A stretch of 64,000 nucleotides of DNA from Candidatus Limnocylindrales bacterium (GTDB taxonomy: Bacteria; Chloroflexota; Limnocylindria; Limnocylindrales; CSP1-4). The translations under genes and the position numbers were made by a program. Positions 30,273-40,342 of the stretch are shown here, in pieces. The stretch is from NCBI GenBank assembly GCA_036278755.1, contig DASUKL010000066.1, positions 625-64,624 on the forward strand, read 5' to 3'. Numbering within the stretch: the first letter of the stretch is position 1; each line of letters opens with the position of its first letter. The notes below the pieces were generated by a model. That model was given only the letters and a program-made list of their open reading frames with translations, was not told the origin of the DNA and searched no databases.

Positions 30273-30353
30273 ACGTGCTGATGGCATGCTGGAACAAGCG
30301 GAGACGGACGCAGACCAGGTCCGGCCGCCGCGCGCACGGGAGCCTCGATCCGC

Positions 30354-31868
30354 ATGACCGACCAGCGAGACGACGATCCGACGCGGCCGTATGGCCCGCC
30401 GCCGTCGTCCCCCTCGCCCTTCCCGACCTCGCAGCCCTATCAGGCTCCGACCTCCCAGCCCTCCCAGCCCTCCCAGCCCTCCCAGCCGGCGAGCTCACTC
30501 CCCTATCAGGCCCCGAGCTCCTCGTCCGCTCAGGCGCCCGCTTCCCAGCCCTACACCCCGCCCTCGGAGGCCCGACCCCAGTGGACCCAGGACGCGCTCG
30601 GCCCGGCCACGCCGCCGACGCCCAGCCACTGGTTCGAGCCGGAGCCGGCACCCGCTCGCGTGGCGCCCGTGGCGGCCCCGGGGCAGGGCGGCTCGCGAGG
30701 CCGTAGCCTCGGCGGACTGGTCGCCCTCCTCTTCGTCGTGGCCTTGGCCGCTGCCCTCCTCGCTTCGGGCGGCACCTACCTAGCCCTGAAGGCCAACGGG
30801 CTCCTGGGGTCGGCCCAGGCGACCGACGCGCCGGGGGCCAGTGCCTCGGCCGCCACGGCGGTCTCCAATCAGACCATCACCATCGATGAGCAATCGGCCA
30901 TCACCCATGCCGCCGAGGTCGTCGGCCCGGCCGTGGTCACCATCACCGGCCGGGAGGTCGATCCCAACCAGCTCTTCGGCAACCAGCAGGTCACCGGCAT
31001 CGGCTCCGGCGTGATCTTCGAGCAGTCCGGCTGGATCCTCACCAACCGCCACGTGGTCTGTGGCACGAACCAGCTGCAGGTCAGCCTGGCCGACGGCCGG
31101 ACCTTCTCCGGCTCGCTCTACGGCACCGACACGCTGACCGACCTGGCCATCGTCAAGATCCAGGCCAACGACCTGCCGGTGGCCCCCATCGGGGACTCCA
31201 GCACCCTCAAGCAGGGCCAGATCGCGGTCGCCATCGGGAGCCCCCTGGGCAACTTCACCAACAGCGTGACGGCCGGCATCATCAGCGCCAGCAACCGTGA
31301 CATCCAGGTCGCCGACGACTGCAACCAGGGCCAGTCCGTGGCCGTCCACAACCTCCTCCAGACCGACGCCGCGATCAACCCCGGCAACTCGGGCGGGGCG
31401 CTCGTGGACTCGGGCGCCGAGGTCATCGGCATCAACACGGCCGTGGCCGGCAACGCCCAGGGCATCGGCTTCGCCATCCCCATCGACATCGCCAAGCCGA
31501 TCATGCAGCAGGCCGTGGCCGGCCAGCCCCTGGCCCGGCCCTACATGGGCATCCGCTACGAGCCGGTCGACGTGGCCCTGGCCAACGCCAACAACCTGCC
31601 CATCGACTACGGGGCCTGGATCGCGCCGTCCTCGTCGTCCGGCGGGGGCGGGGGCATCACCGCTGGCAGCCCCGCGGAGAAGGCGGGCCTCCAGGAGAAC
31701 GACATCATCACCGCCGTGGACGGCCAGCGGGTCGACGCCGACCACGACCTCAACAACCTGCTCCTGCGCTCCAAGCCGGGCGACAGCGTCAAGCTCACCG
31801 TCCTGCGCGACGGGAAGACGCTGACGATCTCGGTCACCCTGGGCACGCGCCCCGCCGGCCTGCAGTAG
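30354..31868 (+). CDS. HtrA/DegP-family serine protease with a PDZ domain
   Basis: Pro/Gln-rich N-terminus, a TM helix, a trypsin-like domain (GNSGGAL) and a C-terminal PDZ. Confidence 0.85.
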   Translation: MTDQRDDDPTRPYGPPPSSPSPFPTSQPYQAPTSQPSQPSQPSQPASSLPYQAPSSSSAQAPASQPYTPPSEARPQWTQDALGPATPPTPSHWFEPEPAPARVAPVAAPGQGGSRGRSLGGLVALLFVVALAAALLASGGTYLALKANGLLGSAQATDAPGASASAATAVSNQTITIDEQSAITHAAEVVGPAVVTITGREVDPNQLFGNQQVTGIGSGVIFEQSGWILTNRHVVCGTNQLQVSLADGRTFSGSLYGTDTLTDLAIVKIQANDLPVAPIGDSSTLKQGQIAVAIGSPLGNFTNSVTAGIISASNRDIQVADDCNQGQSVAVHNLLQTDAAINPGNSGGALVDSGAEVIGINTAVAGNAQGIGFAIPIDIAKPIMQQAVAGQPLARPYMGIRYEPVDVALANANNLPIDYGAWIAPSSSSGGGGGITAGSPAEKAGLQENDIITAVDGQRVDADHDLNNLLLRSKPGDSVKLTVLRDGKTLTISVTLGTRPAGLQ

Positions 31869-32385
31869 GGTCGGGCCGGACCCCCAACTCCGCCGGCCCA
31901 CTCAGCCCCCGGAGCCGGCCCCTTAGCCACGATCCGGCCCAGCCTCGTTCCGGCCCAGCCTCGTGCCGGCCCCTCAGCCACGATCCTTGGCCGAACCATG
32001 CCGATTCGGCACCCTTATGCCCGATCCCCTTGACAGCCACGGTGTCTTGGCCACGCTGGAGCGCTCATCACAGCCGGATCCGGCCTGATCCGTGGCCATA
32101 CCATCTTCCCGGCGTGTATATGGCCACCGTCGAGGCCGATCCGGAGGATCAGGAAGCCGCGAGCCGGACCGGTTCGGATATAACGCGCTGCTGACAGCGT
32201 ATTTGGCCAGGGTTGGGCCCCTCAGGACGCTCCGGCCCTGATGCGCCCGGATAAGACGCCGTGGGCGACGTGTTTGGCCAAGGTTGGGCCTTGTGGGCCC
32301 TGATGGAGAGCGGCCGGGGCCGTAGTGGCCTTTGGATCGACCCGCTCCGGCGCCGATCGGCCCCCGCCGCGAAGGCTCGCGCCGC
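31869..32385. repeat. 517-bp convergent intergenic region rich in diverged direct repeats
   Basis: Two diverged ~70-bp units (…TTTGGCCARGGTTGGGCC…GGCCCTGATG…); repeated CCTYAGCCACGATCC and CCGGCCCAGCCTCGT. Confidence 0.6.
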
Positions 32386-32772
32386 TCAGCCCTGGCGGCT
32401 GCGGTCGCCCAGGGTGCGGGTGCGGAGGATCTCCACGCCGGCCCAGTCGAGGCGGCCGGAGATCGGCGGCTTCATCTTCCGCACCCGCACGGTGACCTCG
32501 CTGACCGGGAACTCACGCAGGATCTCGTGGGCGATGCCCTCCGCGATGGCCTCCAGGAGCTTGAAGTTCGTGGCCTCCACCAGCTCCCGGCAGATCTCGA
32601 AGACGCGGGCGTAATCCACGGTCAGGGCCAGGTCGTCGTCCACGCCGGCCGGCTGCAGGTTGGTGGCCAGTTCGACATCGACCTCGAAGGGCTGCGGGAC
32701 GGCCCGCTCCTCGGGCGTCTGGCCATGACGGCCGCTGAAGCGCATGCGGTGGAGGACGATGCGATCGCTCAT
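32386..32772 (-). CDS. folB: dihydroneopterin aldolase
   Basis: 128 aa starting MSDRIVLHRMRFSGRHG... Confidence 0.85.
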   Translation of the reverse strand: MSDRIVLHRMRFSGRHGQTPEERAVPQPFEVDVELATNLQPAGVDDDLALTVDYARVFEICRELVEATNFKLLEAIAEGIAHEILREFPVSEVTVRVRKMKPPISGRLDWAGVEILRTRTLGDRSRQG

Positions 32773-32845
32773 CGGCGGCGCATGGGCTCGGCGGTCAGGG
32801 CCATCGGGGGCCGCAGGTCGGGGGCCATCGGGGGCTGTCGGTGGC

Positions 32846-33805
32846 TCATCGGTCGGCGGCGGAGGCGAGCGGCTGGCGCACGATCGCGTCGGACATGCGG
32901 GCCACGCGGCGGTTCGGCTCGACGTCGTGGACGCGCACGATATCCACCCCTGACCGGACCCCCAGCGCAGTCGTGGCCAAGGTGCCTTCGAGGCGCTCGG
33001 GAGCGGGCAGGTCCAACACGCGACCGATGGTCGACTTGCGGCTCATGCCCAGGAGGATGGGCCGGCCCAGGGCGCGCAGCAGCGAGAGGTGATGGAAGAG
33101 GGCCAGGTTCTGGTCGGCCGTCTTCCCGAAGCCCATGCCAGGGTCGACGATGAGCGACTCACGCCCGACCCCCAGGGCCGTCGCCCGCTCCAAGGCCCGC
33201 TCGAGGTCGGCCAGGACCTCCGACACGACGTTGGCGTAGCGCGCCTCGCGGCGGTTGTGCATGACGATGAGCGGCACGCCGTGGGCCGCCGCGACGCGGG
33301 CGATGCCTTCACCGCTGGGCCCCACGCCCCACACGTCGTTGATCATGTCCGCCCCGGCAGCCAGGGCGGCCTCGGCCACCGCCGGCTTGACCGTGTCGAT
33401 GCTGAGAGGCATGTCGGGCAGGACGGTCCGGAGCGCCCGCACCACGGGGATGGCCCGCCGGAGCTCCTCGGCCTCGTCCACGACCGGGTGGCCGGGCCGG
33501 CTCGATTCGCCGCCGACATCGAGGAGGTCGGCCCCCTCGGCCGCCATGCGCTGGCCCTGGGCCACCGCCGCAGCCACGAAGGGCTCGTCCTTCTCGCCCG
33601 ATCCCGTGCGCGCGCCGGGCTCCGATCCGGCCAGCAGCCCGTCGCCGCTGAACGAATCCGTGGTGACGTTGATGATGCCCATGAGATACGTCTGGATCCC
33701 CCAGATGAACGTGCGCGGCCCGATGCGCAGCGGGGCGGGGACGTCCGCGGCGACGCCGGTCGATGCATCGCCGGGCAGAGACACGAAGGGCGTCGCGTCG
33801 GCCAT
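32846..33805 (-). CDS. folP: dihydropteroate synthase
   Basis: Pterin-binding TIM-barrel motifs (…INVTTDSFSGDG…, …DVGGESSRPG…). Confidence 0.85.
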   Translation of the reverse strand: MADATPFVSLPGDASTGVAADVPAPLRIGPRTFIWGIQTYLMGIINVTTDSFSGDGLLAGSEPGARTGSGEKDEPFVAAAVAQGQRMAAEGADLLDVGGESSRPGHPVVDEAEELRRAIPVVRALRTVLPDMPLSIDTVKPAVAEAALAAGADMINDVWGVGPSGEGIARVAAAHGVPLIVMHNRREARYANVVSEVLADLERALERATALGVGRESLIVDPGMGFGKTADQNLALFHHLSLLRALGRPILLGMSRKSTIGRVLDLPAPERLEGTLATTALGVRSGVDIVRVHDVEPNRRVARMSDAIVRQPLASAADR

Positions 33806-33823
33806 GGCGGCGAGTCTACGAGG

Positions 33824-35209
33824 TCAGGGCCGCTCGGGGCGGAGGAGGCGGCCGCGGACCTCACCGACGAGGTAGAGGGAGCCGGCCACGATGAGCGGCC
33901 CGCCGGCCGCCCGCGCGAGCTCGAGGGCCCGTTCGAGGGCCACCGCGCATCCGAGGACCGCCTCGACATCGACGGAACCGCCGCCGTGCCGCCCGCGGTC
34001 ACCGCCCATCGAAGCCGGATCCCGATCCGCCGGGCCTCCGGACCAGGCCGCGGCCAGCGTCGCCGGATCCAGGGCCCGGGGCACGTCGACGGCCGTGGCC
34101 ACCACCCGCGCCTCGCGGAGAGTCGCCGAGCCGGCCAGGGCCGCGACGACCTTGGCCACCTCCTTGTCGGCCATCATCGCCAGCAGCAGCGAGGGGCGGC
34201 CGGGCGCCAGGCTCGGCCTGATCTCGTCGAGGGCCGCCGCCAGGGCCGCGGCGCCGGCTGCGTTGTGGGCCCCGTCCAGAAGGACCTCGACCCCCTGACC
34301 AGGCCCGCCCCGCGGCCGCATCAGCTCCATCCGGCCCGGCCAGCGGACCGCGGCGCAGCCGGCCCGGATCGCCTCGGGCGTGACGCTGGCGATGCCGGCC
34401 CGGTCGAGGGCTCGCAGCACGCCGAAGGCCAGACCGGCGTTGGCGGCCTGATGTCGGCCCACGAGGGCCAGCCGGAGCTCGCCGAGCTCGGGGTCGCGAA
34501 GCTGGAGCCCGTGGCGGTCCATGGCCAGCACGCTGGGCGGCGTGACCTCGTCGAGCGACACCCGCAGGCGCCGAGCCCGGCGGCGGATGACAGCCAGGCC
34601 CTCGCCGTCGGCCGCGGTCACCGCCAGGTCACCGGGCTTGATGATGGCCGCCTTCTCCCGTCCGATGGCCGTCAGCGTCGGGCCCAGCTGGGCCATGTGG
34701 TCGAAGTCGACGTTGGTGATCGCCGCCACGCCACCATCCCAGGCATTGGTCGCGTCGAGGCGGCCGCCGAGGCCCACCTCCACCACCGCCACGTCGACAT
34801 CGCGGCGGACGAACCAGGTCAGGGCGGCCACGGTCAGGACCTCGAATTCGGTCGGCGGCCCATGGCGGCGGGCGACGTGGTCGGCCACCTCGAGGACCTC
34901 GGCCACGAGGCCGGCGAAGTCCGTCGGCGCGATGGGTCGGCCGTCGATGACGATCCGCTCGCGGTAGCTCACGAGATGCGGTTTGGGCGTCTGGCCGACG
35001 CGGTAGCCGCCCGCCGCCAGGCAGGCCGCGACGATGGCCTGGGCGCTGCCCTTACCGTTGGTGCCCCCGATGAGCGGCCCCCGCGACTCGCGCTCCGGTG
35101 AGCCCATGGCCCGCAACAGGGCCCGGGTCCGGCCCAGGCCGAGCCGGATGCCGTACCGGCCGCGGGCCTGCAGCGAGCCCAGGACAGCGGCGTACGAGGG
35201 GGCGCTCAA
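33824..35209 (-). CDS. folC: bifunctional folylpolyglutamate synthase / dihydrofolate synthase
   Basis: Mur-ligase-like P-loop (IGGTNGKGS) and family layout. Confidence 0.8.
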   Translation of the reverse strand: MSAPSYAAVLGSLQARGRYGIRLGLGRTRALLRAMGSPERESRGPLIGGTNGKGSAQAIVAACLAAGGYRVGQTPKPHLVSYRERIVIDGRPIAPTDFAGLVAEVLEVADHVARRHGPPTEFEVLTVAALTWFVRRDVDVAVVEVGLGGRLDATNAWDGGVAAITNVDFDHMAQLGPTLTAIGREKAAIIKPGDLAVTAADGEGLAVIRRRARRLRVSLDEVTPPSVLAMDRHGLQLRDPELGELRLALVGRHQAANAGLAFGVLRALDRAGIASVTPEAIRAGCAAVRWPGRMELMRPRGGPGQGVEVLLDGAHNAAGAAALAAALDEIRPSLAPGRPSLLLAMMADKEVAKVVAALAGSATLREARVVATAVDVPRALDPATLAAAWSGGPADRDPASMGGDRGRHGGGSVDVEAVLGCAVALERALELARAAGGPLIVAGSLYLVGEVRGRLLRPERP

Positions 35210-35781
35210 TGGTGGGTCAGGTCATCCTCGTAGAAGACGCACTGGTTGAACCGCGATGAGAGGCAGATGTCGGTCACGTAGCCGGCGTCGAGGTGGACCC
35301 CGCCCCGCAGCTGGCAGCGGCTGATATTCGAGTCCTGCCGCATGAGCGCCTTGAGGAGGTGCGGCGCCTGGACCGGGATGGCCCCCCGCGCCCCGGTCAT
35401 GTAGAAGTGGGGGCAGACGTTGCGGCGCAGGTGGGGGATGGGCAGCACGGGCCGCGGCGGACCCACTGGCAGGGGGGTCCGCTCGCCACGCACCGGGATC
35501 GTGGCCACGGCCGCGCTCGCGACCCGGGCGATGGGACCGGGCGGCGGCGGGGGCGGCAGGTGGCGGCCGCTCGGGCCGCTGCGGCGCGGCTGCTCGTCGC
35601 GACCGCTCCCCGGACGACCCGTCGAGGCGTCTTCGCGGAGCCCGGACCCCGGTCCGGGGCGCTGGGCGATGTCCGGCCCCCGATGTCCGCCGACGATATA
35701 CGGGCGCGCCGGCACGTACACCGACCGGAGCCTCGCCGGCCCGGCAGGCGCTGGACCGGGCTTGCGCGCCGTCGACTCCAT
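35206..35781 (-). CDS. hypothetical protein with a Pro/Gly-rich N-terminus and a conserved-looking Cys-containing C-terminal domain
   Basis: ATG 2 nt after GGAGGAG; C-terminus CPHFYMTGARG...GGVHLDAGYVTDICLSSRFNQCVFYEDD; the stop overlaps the folC start. Confidence 0.4.
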   Translation of the reverse strand: MESTARKPGPAPAGPARLRSVYVPARPYIVGGHRGPDIAQRPGPGSGLREDASTGRPGSGRDEQPRRSGPSGRHLPPPPPPGPIARVASAAVATIPVRGERTPLPVGPPRPVLPIPHLRRNVCPHFYMTGARGAIPVQAPHLLKALMRQDSNISRCQLRGGVHLDAGYVTDICLSSRFNQCVFYEDDLTHH

Positions 35782-35909
35782 CGCTCCTCCGTGGGCCGCC
35801 TCAGGACGTTGCGGCCGGGCACAGGGTACACCGCAGCCGCCGGCTGGAGCCGCCGGGCGGACCCCCCGAGCCCGAGGCGCCAGGCCGACCCGTGGGAGAA
35901 TGCGCCCGC

Positions 35910-37097
35910 ATGGCCGCACCCAGGCGCCGCGAGCGTCGCGATCCGATCAGGCAGACGGCGCCCCGCCGACCGCAGCCCCCGCTGCCCCGCCGCAAGCCGA
36001 GCTACACGGTCGGGCCCCGGCCCGTCCGCCACAGCCCCCTGCCCACCTCCGGGAGCCTGCCCTGGCCCACCCGTCTCCTGCTGCTGGCCGGCCTGGTGGT
36101 CCTCGTCGCGGTCATCGTCAGCGCCGGCAGCGGGGCCCTCGGCCGGGCCGCCGGCAGCTTCGTGGGGAACGTGGGTGGGCTGGTCGGCGACCTCGTCCCC
36201 ACCGCGGCGACGCCCAGCCCCACGCCCGTCCCGGCCCTCGTGCCACGGCTCGACAAGCCGCGTGAGCGCTACACCCGGGAGCAGACCTACACCATCGTGG
36301 GCCACCTGCCGACCGGCTTCCGCGGCACGCCCGACGCCAGCGTGCGCATCTACGACAACGGCAAGTTCGTCGTCGCCGTGGCCGTTTCCACGACGACCGA
36401 CTTCGTCGTCCCCGACGTGCCGCTGGTCGAGGGCGACAACGAGTTGACCGCAGCCATCGCCCTGCCCGGTGAGGAGGGTGAGCCGTCCGACGCCATCTCC
36501 ATCATCCGCGACGACAAGGCCCCGACCATCAAGCTGACCAGCCCCAAGGACGGGCTCGAGGTCACCGCCGCCACGGTCCGCGTGGCAGGCACGACCGAGG
36601 CCGGCTCGGCGGTCACCATCCACAACGTCTCGTCCGGCGGCAGCACGACCGTCATCGTCGACGACAAGGGCGCCTTCCGGGTCGACGTCACCCTCATCGA
36701 CGGCCAGAACGAGCTGTCCGTGACGGTCACCGACCCGGCCGGCAACAGCGGCCAGAAGACGGTCACCGTGACGCGCAAGGCGGGTGGCGTGACGGCCACC
36801 CTGACCCTGTCCAGCAAGACCGTGGCCGGCGACGGCCAGGGCAGCCTGTCGATGACGGCCACGATCAAGGACGACAAGGGCCGGGCGGTCAGCGGCGGGA
36901 CGGCGACCTTCATCGTCACCCCGCCCAACCAGGGGGCCCTCGTCTCCCAACCTCAGGACATCGCCGGGGGCGTGGCCCGATGGTCCGTGACCCTCGCCCG
37001 TGACCCGCTTGGAGGATCGGGTCAGGTGGTGGTCAACGTCCAGCTGCCCGACGGGCGCTCGACGACCACCCTGGCCACGTTCACCGTCCGACCCTGA
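35910..37097 (+). CDS. membrane-anchored protein with tandem bacterial Ig-like domains
   Basis: Arg-rich N-terminus, TM helix LLLLAGLVVLVAVIVSA, repeated beta-rich segments; start uncertain (35892 or 35910). Confidence 0.6.
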   Translation: MAAPRRRERRDPIRQTAPRRPQPPLPRRKPSYTVGPRPVRHSPLPTSGSLPWPTRLLLLAGLVVLVAVIVSAGSGALGRAAGSFVGNVGGLVGDLVPTAATPSPTPVPALVPRLDKPRERYTREQTYTIVGHLPTGFRGTPDASVRIYDNGKFVVAVAVSTTTDFVVPDVPLVEGDNELTAAIALPGEEGEPSDAISIIRDDKAPTIKLTSPKDGLEVTAATVRVAGTTEAGSAVTIHNVSSGGSTTVIVDDKGAFRVDVTLIDGQNELSVTVTDPAGNSGQKTVTVTRKAGGVTATLTLSSKTVAGDGQGSLSMTATIKDDKGRAVSGGTATFIVTPPNQGALVSQPQDIAGGVARWSVTLARDPLGGSGQVVVNVQLPDGRSTTTLATFTVRP

Positions 37098-37344
37098 CCT
37101 CCGCCGCCGGCCACAGGCCGTCGGCCGGATAGGCCACCTCCTTCCGCCCCTCCCAGCAGGGCCGGATCTCCGTGCCCCGCAGCGGCGCCCGGCGCGGATC
37201 CAGGCCGCACGTCCCCAGCGAGCCCGTCACCGAGCGGCGGAAGTGGAGGCAGGTCGAACAGGTGGTCGAGGAGGTGGCGCAGACCCAGCACCGCGCCGTC
37301 TCCGGCTGCGGCGTGCCACACGTCGGGCAGCGCCAGGTCGGCAT
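37081..37344 (-). CDS. possible small Cys-rich (zinc-ribbon-like) protein
   Basis: 87 aa: MPTWRCPTCGTPQPETARCWVCATSSTTCSTC... Very high GC3; it is in the same frame as pknB, 30 codons past the pknB stop. Confidence 0.25.
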   Translation of the reverse strand: MPTWRCPTCGTPQPETARCWVCATSSTTCSTCLHFRRSVTGSLGTCGLDPRRAPLRGTEIRPCWEGRKEVAYPADGLWPAAEVRVGR

Positions 37345-37434
37345 GGCCCGCAGTGTAGCTGCGCTCGCGGCCCCGTGCCGCCAGACCGCGAGGGTCGCCA
37401 GCGCCTCGAGGTCCCGGCGCCCGGTACGCAGGCG

Positions 37435-39216
37435 CTACGGCACGCTGGGGCTGGGCGTGGGTGTGGGCGGTGCGACGGTGGGGCTGGGGGTCGGCTCGGG
37501 CGTCGGGGACGGCGTGGGGGAAGGCGTGGGCCGCGGTGTGGGCGACGGCGTGGGCTCGGGCGTCGGGGACGGTGTCGGCGGAGGCGTCGGCGATGGCGTG
37601 GGACTCGGTGTCGGCTCCGGGCCCTTCGAGACCACGTAGTCGACCGTCTGGCCGGGTGTGACCTGGACGAGCGCCGCGGGCGAGGTGCTGATGACGGCGC
37701 CCTCCGGATAGAGCGGGTCGTAGGCCTCCGTCCGCTGGCCCACGCGGAGGCCCGCATCCTGGATGTCGGCCACGGCCTGGGCCTCCGGCTCGCCACGGAC
37801 ATCGGGCACGGACACGGTGCCGCTGCCGGTGGCGATAGTGACGCTGATCGTGCCGCCCGAGGCGGCCAGCGTGTTGGCCGGCGGCGTCTGCGAGAGGACC
37901 GTGTTGGGCGCCTCGCCCGAGTCGCTGCGCGAGTCGGTGATGACGACCTGGAAGCCGGAATCCTGGGCCATCGACTTGGCCTGGTCGAAGGTCTTGCCGA
38001 CGAGGTCGGGGACCGCCACCTGGGCACCCGAGGGGCTGGGCTGGGGACCCGTCACGCCCTGGAAGAGGATGAAGGCCAGGGCCGCCGCGGCGAGGAGGAT
38101 GATGATGCCCAGGATCCCGGCCGCCCAGGCCCAGGCGTTGCTGGCCCGCCCGTCGTCGTCCAGGTCGTCCTCGTCGACCGGGGGTCGGCCGGGTCCGCCC
38201 GTCCCGCCCGGTCCACCGGGACGACCAGCCGTGCCCGGTGGGCCGCTGCGTACGCCGAGGGCTGCCGCGCCGGCTGGCCCCGCAGCCCTGCCCGCGGCCG
38301 CCGCCGCGACCGGGGCCACCGGGGCGCCGACGACGGTCGGCGAGGCGTCGGGCGGCATGGCTCGCGGCACGGGCGGCGGGCTGGTGATGCCGGAGAGGTA
38401 CTGGCCCAGGGCGTCGCTCATCTGGGCCGCCGAGCCGAAGCGCGCGGCCGGATCCCGGGCCGTGGCCCGGCGCACGATGGCGTCGAGCGCCGGCGGTACG
38501 TCGGGCCGGAGCGACGAGGGGGCCGCGACGTCGGCCGTCAGGCGGGCCATGGCCACGGCGGCGGCGGAGTCCCCGCCGAAGGGCCGCCCGCCGGTGAGCA
38601 TCTCGAAGAGGACGAGGCCCAGGGAGTACACGTCCGTGGCCGGGGTGACCTGCTCGCCCCGCGCCTGCTCGGGGCTGAAGTAGTTGACGCTGCCGAGGGT
38701 CGTGCCGGGCAAGGTCAGCTGGGCTTCCGCCACGGCTCGGGTGATGCCGAAGTCCACGACCCGGACCTGACCGGAGGTGGTGACCAGGACGTTGGACGGC
38801 TTGATATCGCGATGGACGAGGCCACGGGCGTGGGCCGCGGCGAGGGCGTCGGCGATGCCCAGGGCGATGCGCCCCGCGACGGTCGGTGGCAGGGCGCCGC
38901 GCTCGCGCAGGATGGCCGCCAGGTCCTCGCCGTCCACGAGCTCCATGACGATGAACGGCCCGGCCTCGTCCGTGCCGTAGTCGTAGACGCTGACGACATT
39001 GGGGTGGCTGAGCGAGGCCGCGGCCTGGGCCTCCTGACGGAAGCGGGCCACGAAGGCGGCGTCGCGACCGTACTCGGGCCGCAGGAGCTTGACCGCCACG
39101 TCGCGTCCCAGCTGCGTGTCGTGGGCCCGGTAGATGGTGGCCATGCCACCCTCGCCGATCAGTTCGACCAGCCGGTAGCGTCCGCCCAGGACCCGCCCGA
39201 TCTCGGGCACGCTCAC
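37435..39216 (-). CDS. pknB: Ser/Thr protein kinase with PASTA domains and a Pro/Thr-rich tail
   Basis: Kinase subdomains (…VAVK…HRDIKPSN…DFG), a TM helix, two PASTA-like domains, and a (PTPS)n C-terminal tail. Confidence 0.85.
   Translation of the reverse strand: MSVPEIGRVLGGRYRLVELIGEGGMATIYRAHDTQLGRDVAVKLLRPEYGRDAAFVARFRQEAQAAASLSHPNVVSVYDYGTDEAGPFIVMELVDGEDLAAILRERGALPPTVAGRIALGIADALAAAHARGLVHRDIKPSNVLVTTSGQVRVVDFGITRAVAEAQLTLPGTTLGSVNYFSPEQARGEQVTPATDVYSLGLVLFEMLTGGRPFGGDSAAAVAMARLTADVAAPSSLRPDVPPALDAIVRRATARDPAARFGSAAQMSDALGQYLSGITSPPPVPRAMPPDASPTVVGAPVAPVAAAAAGRAAGPAGAAALGVRSGPPGTAGRPGGPGGTGGPGRPPVDEDDLDDDGRASNAWAWAAGILGIIILLAAAALAFILFQGVTGPQPSPSGAQVAVPDLVGKTFDQAKSMAQDSGFQVVITDSRSDSGEAPNTVLSQTPPANTLAASGGTISVTIATGSGTVSVPDVRGEPEAQAVADIQDAGLRVGQRTEAYDPLYPEGAVISTSPAALVQVTPGQTVDYVVSKGPEPTPSPTPSPTPPPTPSPTPEPTPSPTPRPTPSPTPSPTPEPTPSPTVAPPTPTPSPSVP
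37440..37640. repeat. low-complexity coding repeat (GGYGTSGGSGTSGG…) encoding the PknB PTPSPT tail
   Basis: Visible periodicity in the sequence. Confidence 0.8.
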
Positions 39217-39261
39217 TCCTTCACCGTGGGCCGCATGGCCTGCGGATCGGCCCTGACCGCC

Positions 39262-40158
39262 TCAGCCGAGGTCGAGGCCGGCCAGATAGCGCCGGAACTC
39301 CGGCCCCACATCCGGACGCTCCAGGGCCAGTTCGACGGAAGCCTGGAGCCAGCCCATCGTGGTCCCGGCATCGTAGCGCACGCCCTCGAAGGCGTAGCCG
39401 TAGACGTCCTGCTCGATCATGAGGGCCTGGATGGCGTCGGTGAGCTGGATCTCGCCGTTCGCCCCTCGCGGCGTCTGCTCGAGCTTCTCGAAGATCTTGG
39501 GGGTCAGCACGTAGCGCCCGATGATGGCCAGGTTGCTGGGGGCCTGGTCCGCATCCGGCTTCTCCACCAGGCCCCGGACGCGGTGGAGCCGGGGGTCCGG
39601 CTCGGCCTCGCCGGGGCCGACCTCGCGAGCCGGCTCCGGATCGATGACCCCGTAGCGCCGGATCTCGTCGCGCGGCACCTCCATGACGGCCACGATCGAG
39701 CTGTGGGTCTCCTCGTAGGCTCGCACCAGCTGCCCGATGCAGGGCCGCTCGCCGACCACCACGTCGTCGGACAGGATGACCGCGAAGGGCTCGTGGCCCA
39801 CCAGCTCGCGGGCCATGAGCACGGCATGCCCCAGGCCCAGCTGCTCCTTCTGGCGAACGTAGCTGATCTGGGCCAGGTCGCTGATGTGCCGCACCCGGCG
39901 GAGCATCTCGATGTCGCCCTTGGCTTCGAGCAGGGCCTCGAGCTCGTAGGAGCTGTCGAAGTGGTCCTCGATGGCCCGCTTCTGCGAGCTGGTGACGATG
40001 ATGACCTGCTCGATGCCGGCCGCCACGGCCTCTTCGACCGCGTACTGGATGACCGGCTTGTCGACCAGGGGCAGCATCTCCTTGGGCTGGGCCTTGGTCG
40101 CGGGCAGGAACCTGGTCCCCCAGCCTGCGGCGGGGAAGACGGCTTTGCGGACGCGCAC
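39262..40158 (-). CDS. galU: UTP--glucose-1-phosphate uridylyltransferase
   Basis: AAGWGTRFLPATKAQPKEMLP and VEKP motifs. Confidence 0.85.
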   Translation of the reverse strand: MRVRKAVFPAAGWGTRFLPATKAQPKEMLPLVDKPVIQYAVEEAVAAGIEQVIIVTSSQKRAIEDHFDSSYELEALLEAKGDIEMLRRVRHISDLAQISYVRQKEQLGLGHAVLMARELVGHEPFAVILSDDVVVGERPCIGQLVRAYEETHSSIVAVMEVPRDEIRRYGVIDPEPAREVGPGEAEPDPRLHRVRGLVEKPDADQAPSNLAIIGRYVLTPKIFEKLEQTPRGANGEIQLTDAIQALMIEQDVYGYAFEGVRYDAGTTMGWLQASVELALERPDVGPEFRRYLAGLDLG

Positions 40159-40342
40159 GTGTACCTCGGTGGAAGCGCCACCGGCGTCGGGCGGGCGGCG
40201 GGGTGGAGCGGCGGTCGATGGCTGGACGCACCGCGATTCGGGCGTTCGACGGTCGGGAGGGAGCCTCTCGGAAGGACGGCTCCTCCGCCTGGGCCGGGAC
40301 CCAGTATAACGGCCGAACCCTGGGCCGCGGCCGGGTCGCTCC

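Noticed and set aside
37172-37639. 155-aa plus-strand ORF ending in GVGDGVG repeats
   Set aside because: It is antisense to the PknB PT-rich tail, with a low-complexity translation.
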